This document shows positions 35,870-49,959 of a DNA stretch of 64,000 nucleotides, one piece after another; the first letter of the stretch is position 1; every line of letters starts with the position of its first letter. Source of the stretch: Octopus sinensis (taxonomy: Eukaryota); NCBI RefSeq assembly GCF_006345805.1, contig NC_043000.1, forward strand, positions 63,798,001 to 63,862,000. Direction: 5' to 3'. The translations under genes and the position numbers were made by a program. The notes beneath the pieces are model-generated. The model searched no databases. It was given only the letters and a program-made list of their open reading frames with translations, and had not been told where the DNA came from.

Positions 35870-37431
35870 GTAAGCTCTATCTCTGTTTTTATTCCCTTAA
35901 ATGTATATTTTCCCTACTTTTTATGAGTAACAAAAATAAAATCTAAAGGTAAGTTCCAAGCAGGTACAAAATTTTGCATTCAAGATAGATTTGCCCTTCG
36001 CTCGCATGAGATGATTTGTAATTTTGACAAAGAGATACAAAAATTTGTGAAGAATGGGCTTGGAATTAACCCCAATATGTATAGTATTTACCTCAGTAGT
36101 AATTATTGCTTCTGGATCTTTAAACTGCAACTTCATCCCTAGTTGGATTTGAAATCAAAATTTAAATACTACAAGCTCAGTACTCTACTATTCCTGTTAC
36201 GTTCTTTGACATCATCATCATCATCATTTAGTATCCGTTTTTCATGCTAGCAGGAGTAAGACAATTTGATTGGAGTTGGTAAACTAGAGAGCTGCACCAA
36301 GCTCCAGTTTATTTTAGCTTGGTTTCTACAGCTGGATGCCCATCCTAATACCAACCACTCCTCCACAGACAGTACTGGGTACCTTTTACATGTCACCACC
36401 ATGGATTCCTTTTATGTGTCACCGGCACAGGTACCTTTCATATGTCACTAACATTGACTGTGATTATGATTTCACTTAACTTGACATGTCTTCTCAAGCA
36501 CCCGCTTCAATCTTTAGCATGCCAGACAAAATGCTTAGCAGTATTTCTTCTAGCTTTACATTGAGTTCAGATTTTTTCAAGACAACTTTGCCTTTCATCC
36601 TTTTGGAATTGATAAAATAAGTACCACTCAAACATTGAGGGTCAATGTAATTGACTAGCTCACTCCTCCAAAATTTCGGGCCGTGTCCCTACTATATTTT
36701 ATTGACCCCAGAAAGATGAAAGGCAAGATTGAGCACATCAGGATTTGAATTCAGAATGTAAACCACTGTTACTGAATACCACAAGCATTTTGTCCAATGC
36801 ACTAATGAGTTTGTGGACCCATCAGCTAATGTTAATTACATCAACTCCAGTGTATGACTGGTCCTTTAATTTATTGACTCCCCAGAGAAATGAAAGGTAA
36901 AGTTCAACTTGGTTTAATTTGAACTCAGAACATAAAGGTATGCAATTGAATACCTTAAGGTAAACTGATTTTAAATTTTGGCACAAGGCCAGGAATTTTG
37001 GGTGATGGGTAAATCAATTACATTAACCCTAGTATTCAACTGGTACTTATTTTACCAACCCTAAAAGGATGAAAGGCAAAGTCGACCACAGCAGAATTTG
37101 AACTCAAAGTGTGAAAATGGATGAAATGCCACTAAGCATTTTGCCCAGCATGCTAACAATCCTGCCAGCTTGCTGCCATGTCAACCTTGAAATATTGGCA
37201 ATCAGTATGATTACCATCAGTAAGACAGTGAGCTGACAGAAGTGTTAGCATGCCAGGCAAAATGCTTAGCATTTCATCTGGCTTTATGCTCTGAGTTCAA
37301 ATTCTGCTAATGTCGACTTTGCCTTTCATCCTTTCAGGGTCGATTTAATTGACTTACCCACTCCCCTGAACTTCTGGCCTTGGCCAAACTCTGAAACCAA
37401 TATGATTACTATCATTTTGAAAAAGTAAATA

Positions 37432-38675
37432 TCAGATCATTAAGAATGAAATGTCCGATTTTGAACTGAAAGTATATTTTACTATATCTCAACAAAAAGC
37501 AATGCAGTTAATGAAAGTATCAACACAATTTTGCCATTTTATTGAAAGCTTATGCTGGCAGCAAAGAATTCTGGAGAGCAAGAGGTGATGAAATCATGAA
37601 AGGCTGTTTTTTGCATCTTCTTCAGATTTGAAGTTTTTCCTTTGCAAAAAGTTGTCTAATGCTTGAAAAACATGATAGTCAGTTGATACAAGGTCTGGTG
37701 AATATGGTGGATGACAAACTACTTCCAAGTTCAGTTCCTGTAACTTGAATAGTGTTCTTTGTGCAACATGTGGTCGAGCATTGTCTTGCAAGAGAATTGG
37801 TCTGTCACTATTGACCAACCTCGGTTGTTTAATTGCAAGTTCACTCATCATTTCATCCAATTGGTTGATGTATACATCCACTGTAATTGACTTTCCAGGT
37901 CTCATGAAGTTGTAGTGGATGACACCAGTGGTGGACCACCAAACAGACACCATTAGCTTCTTTTTGGTGAATATTCTTTTTTGGATTGTGCTTTGGCATT
38001 TTGTCTCTATCCAACCACTGTGCAGAATGCATGCTATTGTTGAAAAGAATCCATTTTTCATCACACGTAACAATATGATGCACAAGTGGTTTGCTTTTAT
38101 GCTATGACACCAAAGAACAACAAGTTTAAAGATGACATGTCATTTGGTGCTCGTTCAGTTTGTGTGGTACCACTTGTCCAGCTTCTTTACCTTGCCAACT
38201 TGTTTCAGATGGTCTAATACAGTTGGAATTGAAACATCAAACCTTGCTGCTAACTCATGCGTAGTTTGAGATTAATTGACTTCCACTACAGTTTCCAGCT
38301 TATTATTATCCACCTTGGTCTCAGGTCTACCATGGAGCTGATTTTCAAGAGTAAAGTCACCAGGCCTGAACTTCTCAAACCATCAGCGTACAGTGCGCTC
38401 ACTTGCCACATCTTCACCAAACACCTCATTAATGTTCCATGACAGAACTCATATTCATAAACAACATGGAATTTTTTATCTATTCATGGGTCCACAAAAA
38501 TTGATTTACAAGAAAAACTCACAATATAATCAGACATCATGAAATGAATTTCAAAAAGTGATGATTTAACCCTTCAGTTTTGTAAAACAAAGAATTGTCA
38601 GGACAAAACATTAGAGTTAATGACTGTCAAACTTGGTGCATAAGAAAATCGGACATTTCATTCTTAATGACCTGA
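37432..38675 (-). mobile_element. Near full-length mariner (DD34D), frameshifted
   Basis: TA at 37430-37431 and 38676-38677, ~31-bp TIR TCAG(A/G)TCATTAAGAATGAAATGTCCGATTTT. Motifs IVTCDEKWI, LQDNARPH and HPPYSPDLVSTDYH give D34D spacing. Confidence 0.93.
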
Positions 38676-38699
38676 TAAAAAGTTAAAATTTAATAAGTC

Positions 38700-39045
38700 G
38701 TGGCTGTGTTGTTAAGAAGCTCATTTTGACACTATGTGATTTCAGGTTCAGTCCCACTTTATGGCACCTTTTTTGGGCTGACCAATGCCCGGTGAGTGAA
38801 TATGGCAGACAGAAACTGTATGACAGCCTACCATATGTATATATGTATGTGTGTGTTTTTGTATTTACCCCTAACCCACTGCTTGACAATTGGTGTCAGT
38901 TTGTTTACAGCAAAAGATACTTACAGAACAAATATCAGACTTTAAAAATATGTACTGGAATTGATTTATTTGACTAAACCCTTCAAGGTGATGCTCCAGC
39001 ATGGCCACAGTCCAATGTCTGAAAAGTAAAAGATAAAAGATACAA
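38700..39045 (+). mobile_element. SINE family B, full length
   Basis: tRNA-like head GGCTGTGTTGTTAAGAAG...GGTTCAGTCCC, internal TA/TG repeat and tail GGTGATGCTCCAGCATGGCCACAG...(AAAAGAT)n. Confidence 0.75.
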
Positions 39046-41732
39046 TATATAGATGGGAATGTTTCCAAATTTCTTGTTTATATAAATAACTTTATTTCTT
39101 AGTAGCTTCACAGCTTACTTCCATGTAATATGAGTTTCACTGTGGTAGTTTTTGCCATTTTTTTTATCACAGATTGAGCATTATCAGTTGCAATTACTGG
39201 ATGTTTTTTTTTATATATATTCCAAGTGTAGTATATTATATTTTATTACCAATTAAAACCAGACTTTAACTGTCTTGCGTTGCATCTTATCACCAATGAA
39301 AAATGTATGTATAAAAATTGATGGCTGTGTGGTAAGAAGTTTGCTTCTCAGCCATGTGCTTCCAGTTTTAGCCCCATTGTGTGGCACCTTGGGCAAGTGT
39401 CATCTACTATAGCCCTGGGCCAACTAAAACCTTGAGTGGATTTGGTGGATGGAAACTGAAAGAAACCCATCATAAATATATCATCCTTAATGTCCGTTTT
39501 TTTCCATGGGTTGGGCAGTTTGACAAGATCAGACAAGCCAAAAGGCTCTTCCAGGTTCTGCTTTGGCATAATTTCTACAGCTGGGTGCCCTACCTAATGT
39601 CAAACACTTAACAGAGTGTATTGGGTGCTTTTTTCGTGGCATCAACATTGGTGAATATGCCAAGTACTTATGACATAAGACCTCTTGACTGAGCAGGGTA
39701 TAGACTGGAGAAATAAGAAACTATGATAGAGGAAGAGGAGCAGGTATCTTGCTGAAAAGGTGAATACATGGCTTTTCCACTTGGAAAGTGAGAGAGAGAA
39801 AGAAAAAGATATGAAATTTGGGTACAACATGAATGAGACAGAATAGAAAGTGCACTGACTGACAAATTATTAGAGCTAGGGAATTAGTTGGACACAGAGG
39901 ATATCTATTCGGTGTAGTGGGAAGTGAAGAAAATAGATGAGTCATGAGGGAAGGCCTGACAGAGCCTCAATTCTGTTGATATGGACGGGTCTCCATAAGC
40001 ACAGTATAATGCCATTCATCTTGGTTGCCTGAGAGGCTCAACATATTAAGGTCAGTTTTCACCACTTGATCTCACATCTTCCTAGGTTTACCTTTTCCAC
40101 ATGTTCCTTCAACATTTAACAATCGACACTTCTTTATACAGCTGGGTGTCTGGGTGAAGTGAGTTTTTTAAATATAATTTTTTTCTCCACTAAGTAAAAT
40201 CTGCACTTTCTGCTACTGTTAAGATAAAGTGTGTATTTCTCCAGAATTTTCCACTCGATATTGCAATTCATAGTACTTTAGATCTGTAGTGCCTTCTTTC
40301 AATAACCATATATGCTTAACCAAGGCTATGACTTTAAATCTCTTATGGATATCAAAGGAGGACTTATGGTTGTTAAACTTGGTTCTGCATGGTGATCTCA
40401 CTGGTGCTGGTAGCACAAGAAACAGCACCCAGTACATACTGTAAAACTGGTTAGCATTAGAAAAAGCATTCAACTGTTGAAACCATGCCAAAGCAGACAC
40501 TGGAATATGATGCAGTTCTTGGGTCATGAGATATTGTCAAACCATCCGACCCATTTCAGCATGGAACATGGACATTAAATGTCAATGGTGAAGATAATTT
40601 ACTACAAAAATTCAGAAAACAAATTTTTAAAACTTCATGACAGGCAGAGCTTTGGTGCATATTACATGCAACATGGTGGTCCATAAATTGTACTTCATAG
40701 ATACAAAAGATATTGTATATTTACACAAAAGATAAGTTGAACCAGTATCTTGTTTTTGTTTCTTTTATTTAACCAAACTGCATGCATAAGAAATATGAAA
40801 GAAACAAATTTAGTTCATGATCTTCTTAAAATATTTTTATAAAATCAACAATTCAATCTCAGCTTCAAAAGATCAGAGTTCAGCATGACCTTCTTTGTTA
40901 CTAATTTTGACTAATAGTATTTATTGTAACAAAATATAATTTTTGGAAATTAAATCATATGAAACTGAGTGTGAAAGCTTTACTCTATAATTATATATAT
41001 ATTCATATTTTAGAAGTGTACTTGTTTGACAACTGACTTCATCTGAGACTGTGCTGAAATACCATAGTGGAGAGTTATTTAAAAATACCAAAAACTTATT
41101 TTTTTCATTTATTTCTTAATAGTACCATCTGTCATCATCATCATCATCATTGTCATCATTATTATCATTATCATCATTTAATGCCCAATTTTCTATGCTT
41201 TCATGGTTAGAGAGATTATTTTTGAAGCACATTTTCTATGGCTGGATGCCCTTCCTATCTCCAACCTTCACTCATTTCCAAGTAAGGTTAATATTTCTCC
41301 ATGGCCAGACATGTTCTCACAGAATATTGGAAATGAATGGTACTGCTTATATGACAGTGAAACTCATTTACAACTATTGTGCAATGTCAAGACAAACACA
41401 AACACTTGTACGAGCATGCACATGTGCGCGCATACACACACACATATGTATGTATATAAGGTATCATGCAGTGGAATTAACCTGGAACCATGTGGTTGAG
41501 AAACTTCTTACCACAGCCACACCTGCATCTATATATACATTTGCTCATATATTTAAACAAATATATATATATGTTGAGTAATAGAGAGTATTTAAAGGCA
41601 AAACTAACTGACAATGGTGTAGCTGGACGAAACTTCAAAGTCTGATACAAGCTTTATGTATGAAATTTTTCACTGAAATTTTCACCATTACAATATATGA
41701 AATAATTATAATCTGTTTTTTTATATATATAG

Positions 41733-41848
41733 ATGGAATTACATAAATGGATAAAACAAAATGAATACTTCAAAAGCAGCAGTGCTGAAATGGAAGGTTA
41801 TCTGAAAGAAGCTATCAGAGACGCAGACACTAGTGAAAGAGATGTCCG
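41733..41848 (+). CDS. Coding exon 5 (MELHKWIKQNEYF...SERDVR)
   Basis: Acceptor TTTTTTTATATATATAG at 41732 and donor CG|GTAAGA. Phase 0 in, phase 2 out. Absent from the ORF track. Confidence 0.86.
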
Positions 41849-41879
41849 GTAAGAATTGTTTTACATATCCAACTTTATA

Positions 41880-42240
41880 GATTCGAACCAATAAGGAAGC
41901 TATGCCAATAGTTCTCAGCCTAGGATGTTGAGACATAGACCCTACAATTAGAGGACATGTGAAGGCAAAAGAGATAGTATGCTCCACTGGATATGCAACA
42001 TTAGTGTGCATGTACAACAAAGTGCAGATATGTTGAGAGAAAAATTAGGTATACAAGGAGTCAGGTATAGCTGTGATGGTTTAGTCATGTAATGCATATG
42101 GATGAGGATAGCTGTATAAAGTGTTGATTGCTTAAAGGAGATGGAACTTATGGAAGTGGAAAACCCAGGGCCCCACAAAGAGATTACTGGAGATCCATGC
42201 GCTAAGTAGACAGACCTTTGAAAAGCTTGGGATCCATAGG
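41880..42240 (+). mobile_element. Degenerate RTE RT fragment
   Basis: Similar to 10770-11010 (ATGCTCCACTGGATATGCAAC, GAGAGAAAAATT, GGATGAGGATAGCTG). Confidence 0.6.
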
Positions 42241-45200
42241 GAAAATCCATGTAAATAAAAGGAGATCCTAAGTCATAGAGAGAGAACTGCTACTCTATGC
42301 ATTTGTTTGGCATTCTAGAAACAACAGCCAAATCTCCCATTTTGTCTTAAAAAAGAAGGAAGAGATATTTGACTGACTAGTTGTAGCTGGAACAACTTTG
42401 ATCATAAGTTTATTCAATTGGTGCCGACTTGAGGTTAAATAGCAACTCCATAGATTTTCATGACTAGAAGAGCAAATCCTGTAAATGCCTAGTCATTCAT
42501 AATGAACACCTTCAGAAAGTATCATATTCCCAGTAATTTATCAATTTTATTTCTTAATTGATTGGTTGTATTTGACTCAACAACTTCCATAAGTAACTGA
42601 TTACAATTAGCATTCCTCATTCTTTGCAAGATTGCTTCATAAATGATTAAAGGTAATGTCGTTAGGATAGTAGTCTAAGATTTCCTATTTGATGAGGCTA
42701 ATTTTACTTTTAGTTATTTTATAGGCATAAGAGTAGAAGACGGATAGAATCAGTACAGAGTCAGTAAAAATGCACTTGACAAAATATGATTACTTCCCTT
42801 TACATTCTGAGTTCAGTCCCATATTAGTCAAATGTCTTCTACCGTAGCCCTGGACCTACCAATTTTGTGGATTTGGTAGATGAAAACTGAAAGAAGCCCA
42901 TCGTGTGTGTGTGTATATATATAATGGGATAAAAAAACAAGAGGAGACACATGGGATCGAGAGTTGCTGATGAGGTCACAGGATGTGTGATGTAAGAGCT
43001 TTGACAGAGAAATTAAAATAATAATAATAAAGCTATACATAGTGTGTGTTTAATTGGCAAAATATGACCATCCCTATGTATAAAGTGTGTGTGTGATCAC
43101 CACTTGACAACTTGTGTTGGTTTGTTTGCATTCCTGTAAATTAGCAGTTACAGGAATAAGTACTAGGGAGTCAAATCATTTGATTAAAACCCTTCAAGGC
43201 AGTGCTCCAGCATGACCACAGTCCATTGACTGAAACAAGTAAAAGATATAAGATATATACAAGCAGACAGATAGAAGATTAAAGAGAGAGAGAGAAGGTA
43301 TTATAGTGGAATGGGGAGAGAGAGAGAGAAAAGGTATGTATAGAGGAGGGGGAGGGAGAGAAAAGGTATGTATAGAGGATTATGTGAAAATATCATAATC
43401 CAAATATAGTGTAGAAAAAGATGAGGTTAATGGTTAACAGTGTGGAAAACTTAAAGTACTTATACCTAGTTTGTATGTTGCTGGGTTTTTTTTCTTTTTC
43501 TTTTGCTTTTATTCATGCACATATGTGTAGGTGTATGTATTCATGTATGTATATGTACACATGTGTGCATGTGTTTTGTTCTACTGACCATACTGATAAT
43601 TAGATAACTCTAACATGTTTTCAAAAGTACCCATAACTTACAAAAACTTAGAGGTCATTGATTGTATATCTAATTTGTAAAACCTGAAGCCTAGTAATAT
43701 AATGCTCTAAAAAAAAGAATAGTCATGAGCTTGGGGTAATCTAAGATTTATAAACTAATTGCACTTGAGCTAATGAGATAACCTCTATGTAGTTGCTTGG
43801 TCTGCTAGAAATAGGTAGCTAAATCTCTCAAATTGCATCATATAACCTTAAAGAAAAGTAAGATATATTGGCTAATGTGATCCTAGACACACTGAATAGA
43901 ATAAAAGATGGATGGTTAGGCTAGAATGTCTTTTATTGTAAGTCTCTATTTGATCTGAGTTGATCTGCAACAACAAGGACATAATTTCACTTGAAAGCTT
44001 AAGGTTTTTAACACTTTGCCTACCAAGCCCATATTTTCTTTTGTACCAGCAGTCTAATTTTGTTACAAATTATGCATTTTTCAATTTTTTAAGCTGTGAT
44101 TCCCATGGTAAATTAAGAATTTAGCATAGCAAGTTACAAGTGACTCCCATCATAGGTAAAGTGTTAAACATCATTTGTAGTTGCTAATAGCCTTTGAGGA
44201 AACAAATCTACATGATCCCATTTTGCCTCCTCTATAACTATAAAGTTCTTTATCCATTGAAAATAAACAACAATATTTGAAAAATAGTAGTTTTCAAACA
44301 ACTATATTGATTTCATAGAGATCATTTTCGTCATTTTCTTAAACCAATCATTCTGTCAACCACCATAGATTTGCTACAGCTGAATAGATAACAGAGCTAG
44401 CAAGAGTCATAAGCCAACAAGGATGCCTCTATGAATTTGCTCAGCCTGTTAAGAAATAGCAAAATTGTAAAATGGATTCTAGCCTACCTGATGTAATAAA
44501 CCTAGAAATTTTAATTAACTAAAATTACACCCACGTTAATGCAAATAATTGTTTTCTAAATTACTAATTTTGTTGAAAAAAAAACAAGAGAAGACAACTT
44601 CAGTATTTGAATTAATGACAATTAATTTACTATGGAATGTAGTGAGGAATGAGTTTAATCTTTAGAAGTATGGTGCTGGAAATAGCAGCTAAATCTCTCT
44701 CAAATCATACCATAATGCCTTTAAAAAAGAAGGACTTAGGATAATATAGTTTTAGATAAAGTTCACTGTCTTAAAAAACGATAATTGCAGTTGGGACTCC
44801 TTTGAACAAAAGGCTGCTCACTGAGATTTGATCTGGACTAAACAAAAAGAATAAGTTAATCTTACTGCAGACATGTCATGAAGACTTACCCTAGAAGTGG
44901 TGCTATACTATGCTACATACAATACTGAAACTCCACACAATCCCCTTACCAGGCAGCAAAGCATAACAGAGCAAAAATGTCCCAGATGTAGAAAAATCAA
45001 CCGATTTGTCGTTCAGCTCCAGGTCTGTTTCGATCATACTAACCTTTCGGTTATGGGTATACCAACCACATTTGTCCTATCTTTTTATGACTCTGTAGCA
45101 TTATATTGGATTGGATTGCCCATGTTCAGTCCACTGCAGAACGAGGGCCTCTGCATGTTCTCTCCACCAACCATGATTCAATGCGGAAACCATGAATTTG

Positions 45201-46924
45201 AGCCTGAAATCATACTAGTTTGATGAGCCTACTCTATCACACTGGCTTGACGTGGCATTATATTAAGGCTTCAAATTGACAGAATCATTTGAGTGGCAAA
45301 CAAGATTACCTTGTTGTATTTGTTTCAGTTCTTTATATTCAGTGTTCAAATAATATCAAGGTCAACTTTGTTTTTCATCCTTCCAGGGTTAATAAACTAA
45401 AATGCATGTCCAGGGTGTTAAACTGGCAAAATTGTTAAAGCACTGAACAAAATGTTTTGTGGTATTTGTTCCAGCTCTTTATATTCTGAGTAGGGAATTT
45501 GTATCCAACCAACCAACAAAATGGTTTCTTGTAAAACAAAAATTGCCTGAAAGAAAGCAACAGAAAATCACCTTCATATTCTCCCACGAAAATTCCATAA
45601 GCACATAGTACCTGTTAAGGAAGTCTCTAAGGTTAATTTAAATCTTGATGGTGCAGAAAGAAAGGACTACATTACTTTTCCCTATTTAAGATGATTTGTG
45701 GGAGATATTAGTGCTCTGTTTAGATGAGTGATCCCACCTTATTGGTACTACATGTACATTAGATTATGAAATGGGGATGACTGAATCAATTAGATAATAG
45801 AATAGACAACTAGCTAAGAGGCATAGGTCACTAGTTCATAGCCTTCCATGATTATTGGATTACATCCATGGCTCAGCTCCAATTTTTTATTGTGTTTAGC
45901 CATCCCCCAATCTGGCCAGCTCTAGTGACTACCATGCATGTAGTTACTAGTTACTTTCCACTGACCTAGTGCTCCAGATATACAATATTCCCAACCCATA
46001 GAGAATGACATTGCACAGTACATTATTGTGTCATTTAGCCTTAGGCTCACTTATGATCAAATTTGTGTGTCAGATACTATGTTGGCTAATATATGCTTTC
46101 TTTAAGATATAGGACATTATTTGAGAGATCTTTGGTCTTACATCTTAAAGAAAGGTTATATTGGTAGTTATGATACTTAAATTATACCAGCAATATTAGT
46201 TACTGATGTCTCTATGATGTTGTTCAACTGTATAGAGGCTTCCCTTGTGGCAGGGAATTAAACTAGGTGGTTTAATTCTTGCCCTAAGATGAGAATAATT
46301 TGAAACTGAGAAGTATTTCATTAGCTGTCAGTGCTCATTTCAGCCTCTCCCACCAGAAAGGCTAGTTGTGGGATACTATTTACTTCATGTCACAGAAACC
46401 CAGGATATTCATAGAACCTTATAATTTTGAAAGTGCTTAGTTTCGAAAATTAATTTAGAAACTTGTGATTGTGAGTGAAGTTTGTTAGAAGAGAACAATT
46501 AATTAGTTAATTATATTGTTGAACTTGACACCTCTCACCTTCACATAATCTAACTTGACCTTTCAGAAAGATAAGGCACATTCCTTTATCTACTTTTCAT
46601 ATCATTTATCAAATATCACAAAGCCTCTCAGATTACTTGTGTTCTTTACAGCCAGAATTTGAAAGGAATTTATTCATCTCTAAACTTTAACTTCTAGTAT
46701 TTCTCTTGTTATTGTGCCATTCAGGCACTCAGACATGTACTCTTAGAGCCATAATATTGTTTGGCTGTTCTTGTTCACAAGTTAACTACTATGTTATTTT
46801 TGTACAACATGTTATAAACATTTATTTATGATTTTTTTTCTAGCATTTCAGTAGGAAGAAGAGTAAATTATTCAATGCGTTTAGTGAATTTTATCTTGAA
46901 TGAAGTTATTAATAGAATATGATA

Positions 46925-46929
<5 letters not shown>

Positions 46930-46971
<42 letters not shown>
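46930..46971. repeat. (AAT)n microsatellite
   Basis: Direct reading. Confidence 0.95.
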
Positions 46972-46972
<1 letters not shown>

Positions 46973-47348
46973 TCAACAACAACAACTTGAAAAATTGTAT
47001 TCTAATATTGGCAGAAGACCAAACATTTGTAGGAGAGAAGTGTAGTCTATTTGAATGAATCTATACTTGCCTGGAACTATTTTATAGCTCATTATCAACA
47101 TCATCATCACCATCATCATTGTCATCATCATCATCATGCTTTAACATTTGTTTTCTGTGCTGGTATGGGTTGGATAGCTTGACTAGAGCTGGTAAGCAGA
47201 AGAACTGCACCAGATTCCATAATCTGTTTTGGCTTGATTTCTATGACTGGACGCTCTTCCTAACACCAATCACTTTACAGAGTGTGCTGAGTGCTTTTAA
47301 AATGGCGAATAAAAGGCAAAGTCAACTCTGACAAGGTTTGAACTTTAA

Positions 47349-48407
47349 CCCTTTCGTTACTATATTTCTGACCAAAATACACCCCTTATGTGTTTCAATT
47401 AATTTCTAACGTAATCATAAATTTAGTCTGGTTTCATTAAACAACTATAACTTTTTTATTTATCAATATATTAACGTGAATTTTGGAAGATAATTTAATG
47501 AAATGTTCTCAACCAATTCTATACTATAATTTTTGTCACAAAGTGACTCTAATTGCAGGTAGATACAGGTAAATTCAACAAAATATAAAATTATTAAAAT
47601 TTTGTTCAAACATCGCTATAGAAAATGGGTTATTAGCTAATATTCAATTGGGTATACAACAAAATTTTACGATAGAATTTGTTATTCTGGGTAACTTTCT
47701 GATACCCATAATAATATTTATGGCAAAATAGTCTTAATTTCATTTAAGGTTATGGGAAACCACTTTCTTTCGTTTTGTTTACATTTAGCGTAACGGTTCG
47801 TTTCCACCGTAATGATTTCAAATAGGCTCATTCGAAAAAGTAAAAAGAAATAGTCTAAGGCTTTACTCTTCTGGGAAAGTCTGTGGCTTGGTCCAGTTTC
47901 TTCAGAAAAATCACCGAAAGAAACAGTTTTAAAATTTTCACTCCATTCTGGTGCCAATTCATTTTCTTGGAGCTCTCGGATTCACTGTTTTCACTTTCGG
48001 AAAATGAAACATCAGATTCATTATCAAATACCACATGCTTTTTTTTTTTCAGTCATAGAGTTAGATTTATGAAGGTCTTCAGTAGAAAATCCTTCGAATT
48101 CTGACTCGCTGCTTGATATAATGAAATTCGTATCCATTTTTTTGTCAGAATTACAAATTTTGAAAACACAATAGGAACAAATTTCGAAAAAAAATCTCCC
48201 AAAATTCACAGAATTAAAATTACACTTCGATTTTTGTACAAAACTGTAGTTGAACTCTTTACGAAGTATAATACGTGTTTTCACGAATGTACTAAAGAGA
48301 TTTGCTCTGATATTCTCATTTAAATATGAATAGGTAAATTCAGGCAGTTTTGGGCGGCTTGGTCACATTAGCCAAAATTTTTTTCGGCCGGTTTGGTAAC
48401 GAAAGGG
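47349..48407 (-). mobile_element. Internally deleted piggyBac element
   Basis: TTAA on both sides, TIR CCCTTTCGTTAC and GTAACGAAAGGG. Minus-strand transposase N-terminus: acidic SSSESEFEGF region and YFFLLF...ITVETNRYA...WFPITLNEIK. Confidence 0.9.
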
Positions 48408-48485
48408 TTAAGCATAAAGGGTCAAATCAAATACTACTCCTCTGATTCCACTTTCCACTACTTTTCTAATAACAATTATTAATTA

Positions 48486-49400
48486 TTAGACAGGGAGATA
48501 AGGTGGGGAGCTGGCAGAATCATTAGCACACTGAGCAAAATGCTTAGCAGTATTTCATCTGCCTATACAGTCTGAATTCAAATTCCACTTAGGTTGACTT
48601 TACCTTTCCTCCTTTCGGGGTTGATAAAAGTACCAGTTGAACACTGGAGCTGGTTTAATTGATTTAGTCCCTCCCCACAAACTGCTGGCCTTGTGTCAAA
48701 ATTTGAGGTCATTATTGGACTAGGAAACAAAATGGCAAGCTAAAAGAATTGCTAGCATACTGGACTAAATACTTGGCAGTATTTTTTTCTGACTTTATGT
48801 TCTGAGTTCAATTTCCACCAACGTCAATGTTGCATTTCATGCTTTCGGGGTCAATAAAATAAGTACCAGCTGATCATTAGGTTTGATGTAATTGACTATT
48901 CTTCTCTTCCAAAATTTCAGGCCTTGTACCTATAGTAGAAAGGATCATTAGACAGGGAGATAAGATGACAAGCTAGCAGAATTGTTTGCATGCTAGACAG
49001 CATTTCCTCTGGCTTTACATTCTGAGTTCAAATTCCACTGAGGTCAACTGTACCTTTCATTTTTCTGAGGTTGATAAAATAATTACAAGTGAAGTACTTG
49101 ACTCAGTTGAATTGATTAATACTGACTCCCACAATTTCATGCCTTGTGTCTATTTTAGAAACTTTTATTATTATTGACATAATCACTAGAGTGTCAGATA
49201 AAATTCCTTGGTATTTGTTCTGGCTCCTTACATTCTGAGTTGAAATCAACTTTCCTTTTCATCCCTCTGGAACCAATAAATTAGTAATAATTATGTACTG
49301 GGGTCAATAAAATAATATATCAGTCAACCACTGGGGTTGATAGTATCAAGTAAATCCTCTCCTCAAAACTGCTAGGCTTATGTCTAAATTAGAAGCAATT
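48486..49400 (+). mobile_element. Four head-to-tail SINE family A copies
   Basis: Units of ~225 bp start near 48486, 48712, 48947 and 49180, each with a GA(G/A)TT(C/G)AA box and the CATCCTTTCGGGG-type core. Confidence 0.75.
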
Positions 49401-49447
49401 ATTATATTGTTAATTAATAATACTGTAGTTAATAATTCATTATTTAA

Positions 49448-49929
49448 CCTTTTAGCATTTAAATTAGCCATATCCAGCCCGAAGAGTCTACCTGTTTTAT
49501 GTTCAAACTGGTCAGATCTAGCCTCTCACACCAATCCAACAATGTCATGCTAAAAGTAAACAGTAGCATCAATGAAATCTCAGATGATTAATTCAAAACC
49601 GAGACCTTTGGTGATATGCTGTGCTGGAGAAGATTCATTAAGTCAAGTGAAATTGTAGTTGTGTCTGATGCCAGTGTCACCTAACTGGCACATGTGCCGG
49701 TGGCACATAAAAAGCATTCATTACACTCTTGGAGTAGTTAGCTTTAGGAAGGGCATCCAGTCGTAGAAATCATGCCAAATCAGACTGGAACTTGGTGCAG
49801 TTCTCTAGCTTACCAGCCCCAGTCAATCCATCTAACCCATGCCAGCATGGAAAGCGGATGTTAAATGAGGATGATGATGAATGATGTGAATAAAAAAAAG
49901 TTTGACTGAATTATCTGAATGTTAAAAGG
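49448..49929. mobile_element. piggyBac MITE with an RTE 3' tail inserted at ~49600-49880
   Basis: TTAA at 49444-49447 and 49930-49933, TIR CCTTTTAGCATT and AATGTTAAAAGG. Body is the reverse complement of the MITE at 59659-59875. Confidence 0.8.
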
Positions 49930-49959
49930 TTAAATCAATAATTTCGTTTTTTTTTACAG

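Noticed and set aside
38700-38775. SINE heads as tRNA genes (also 57322, 58955, 61171)
   Set aside because: A/B-box-like motifs only. No complete cloverleaf is evident and each continues into SINE core and tail.
44897-45223. 108-aa ORF with CPRC as a zinc-finger gene
   Set aside because: Non-ATG start, no splice context, and the opposite strand reads like a decayed RTE 3' end (EALVLQWT).
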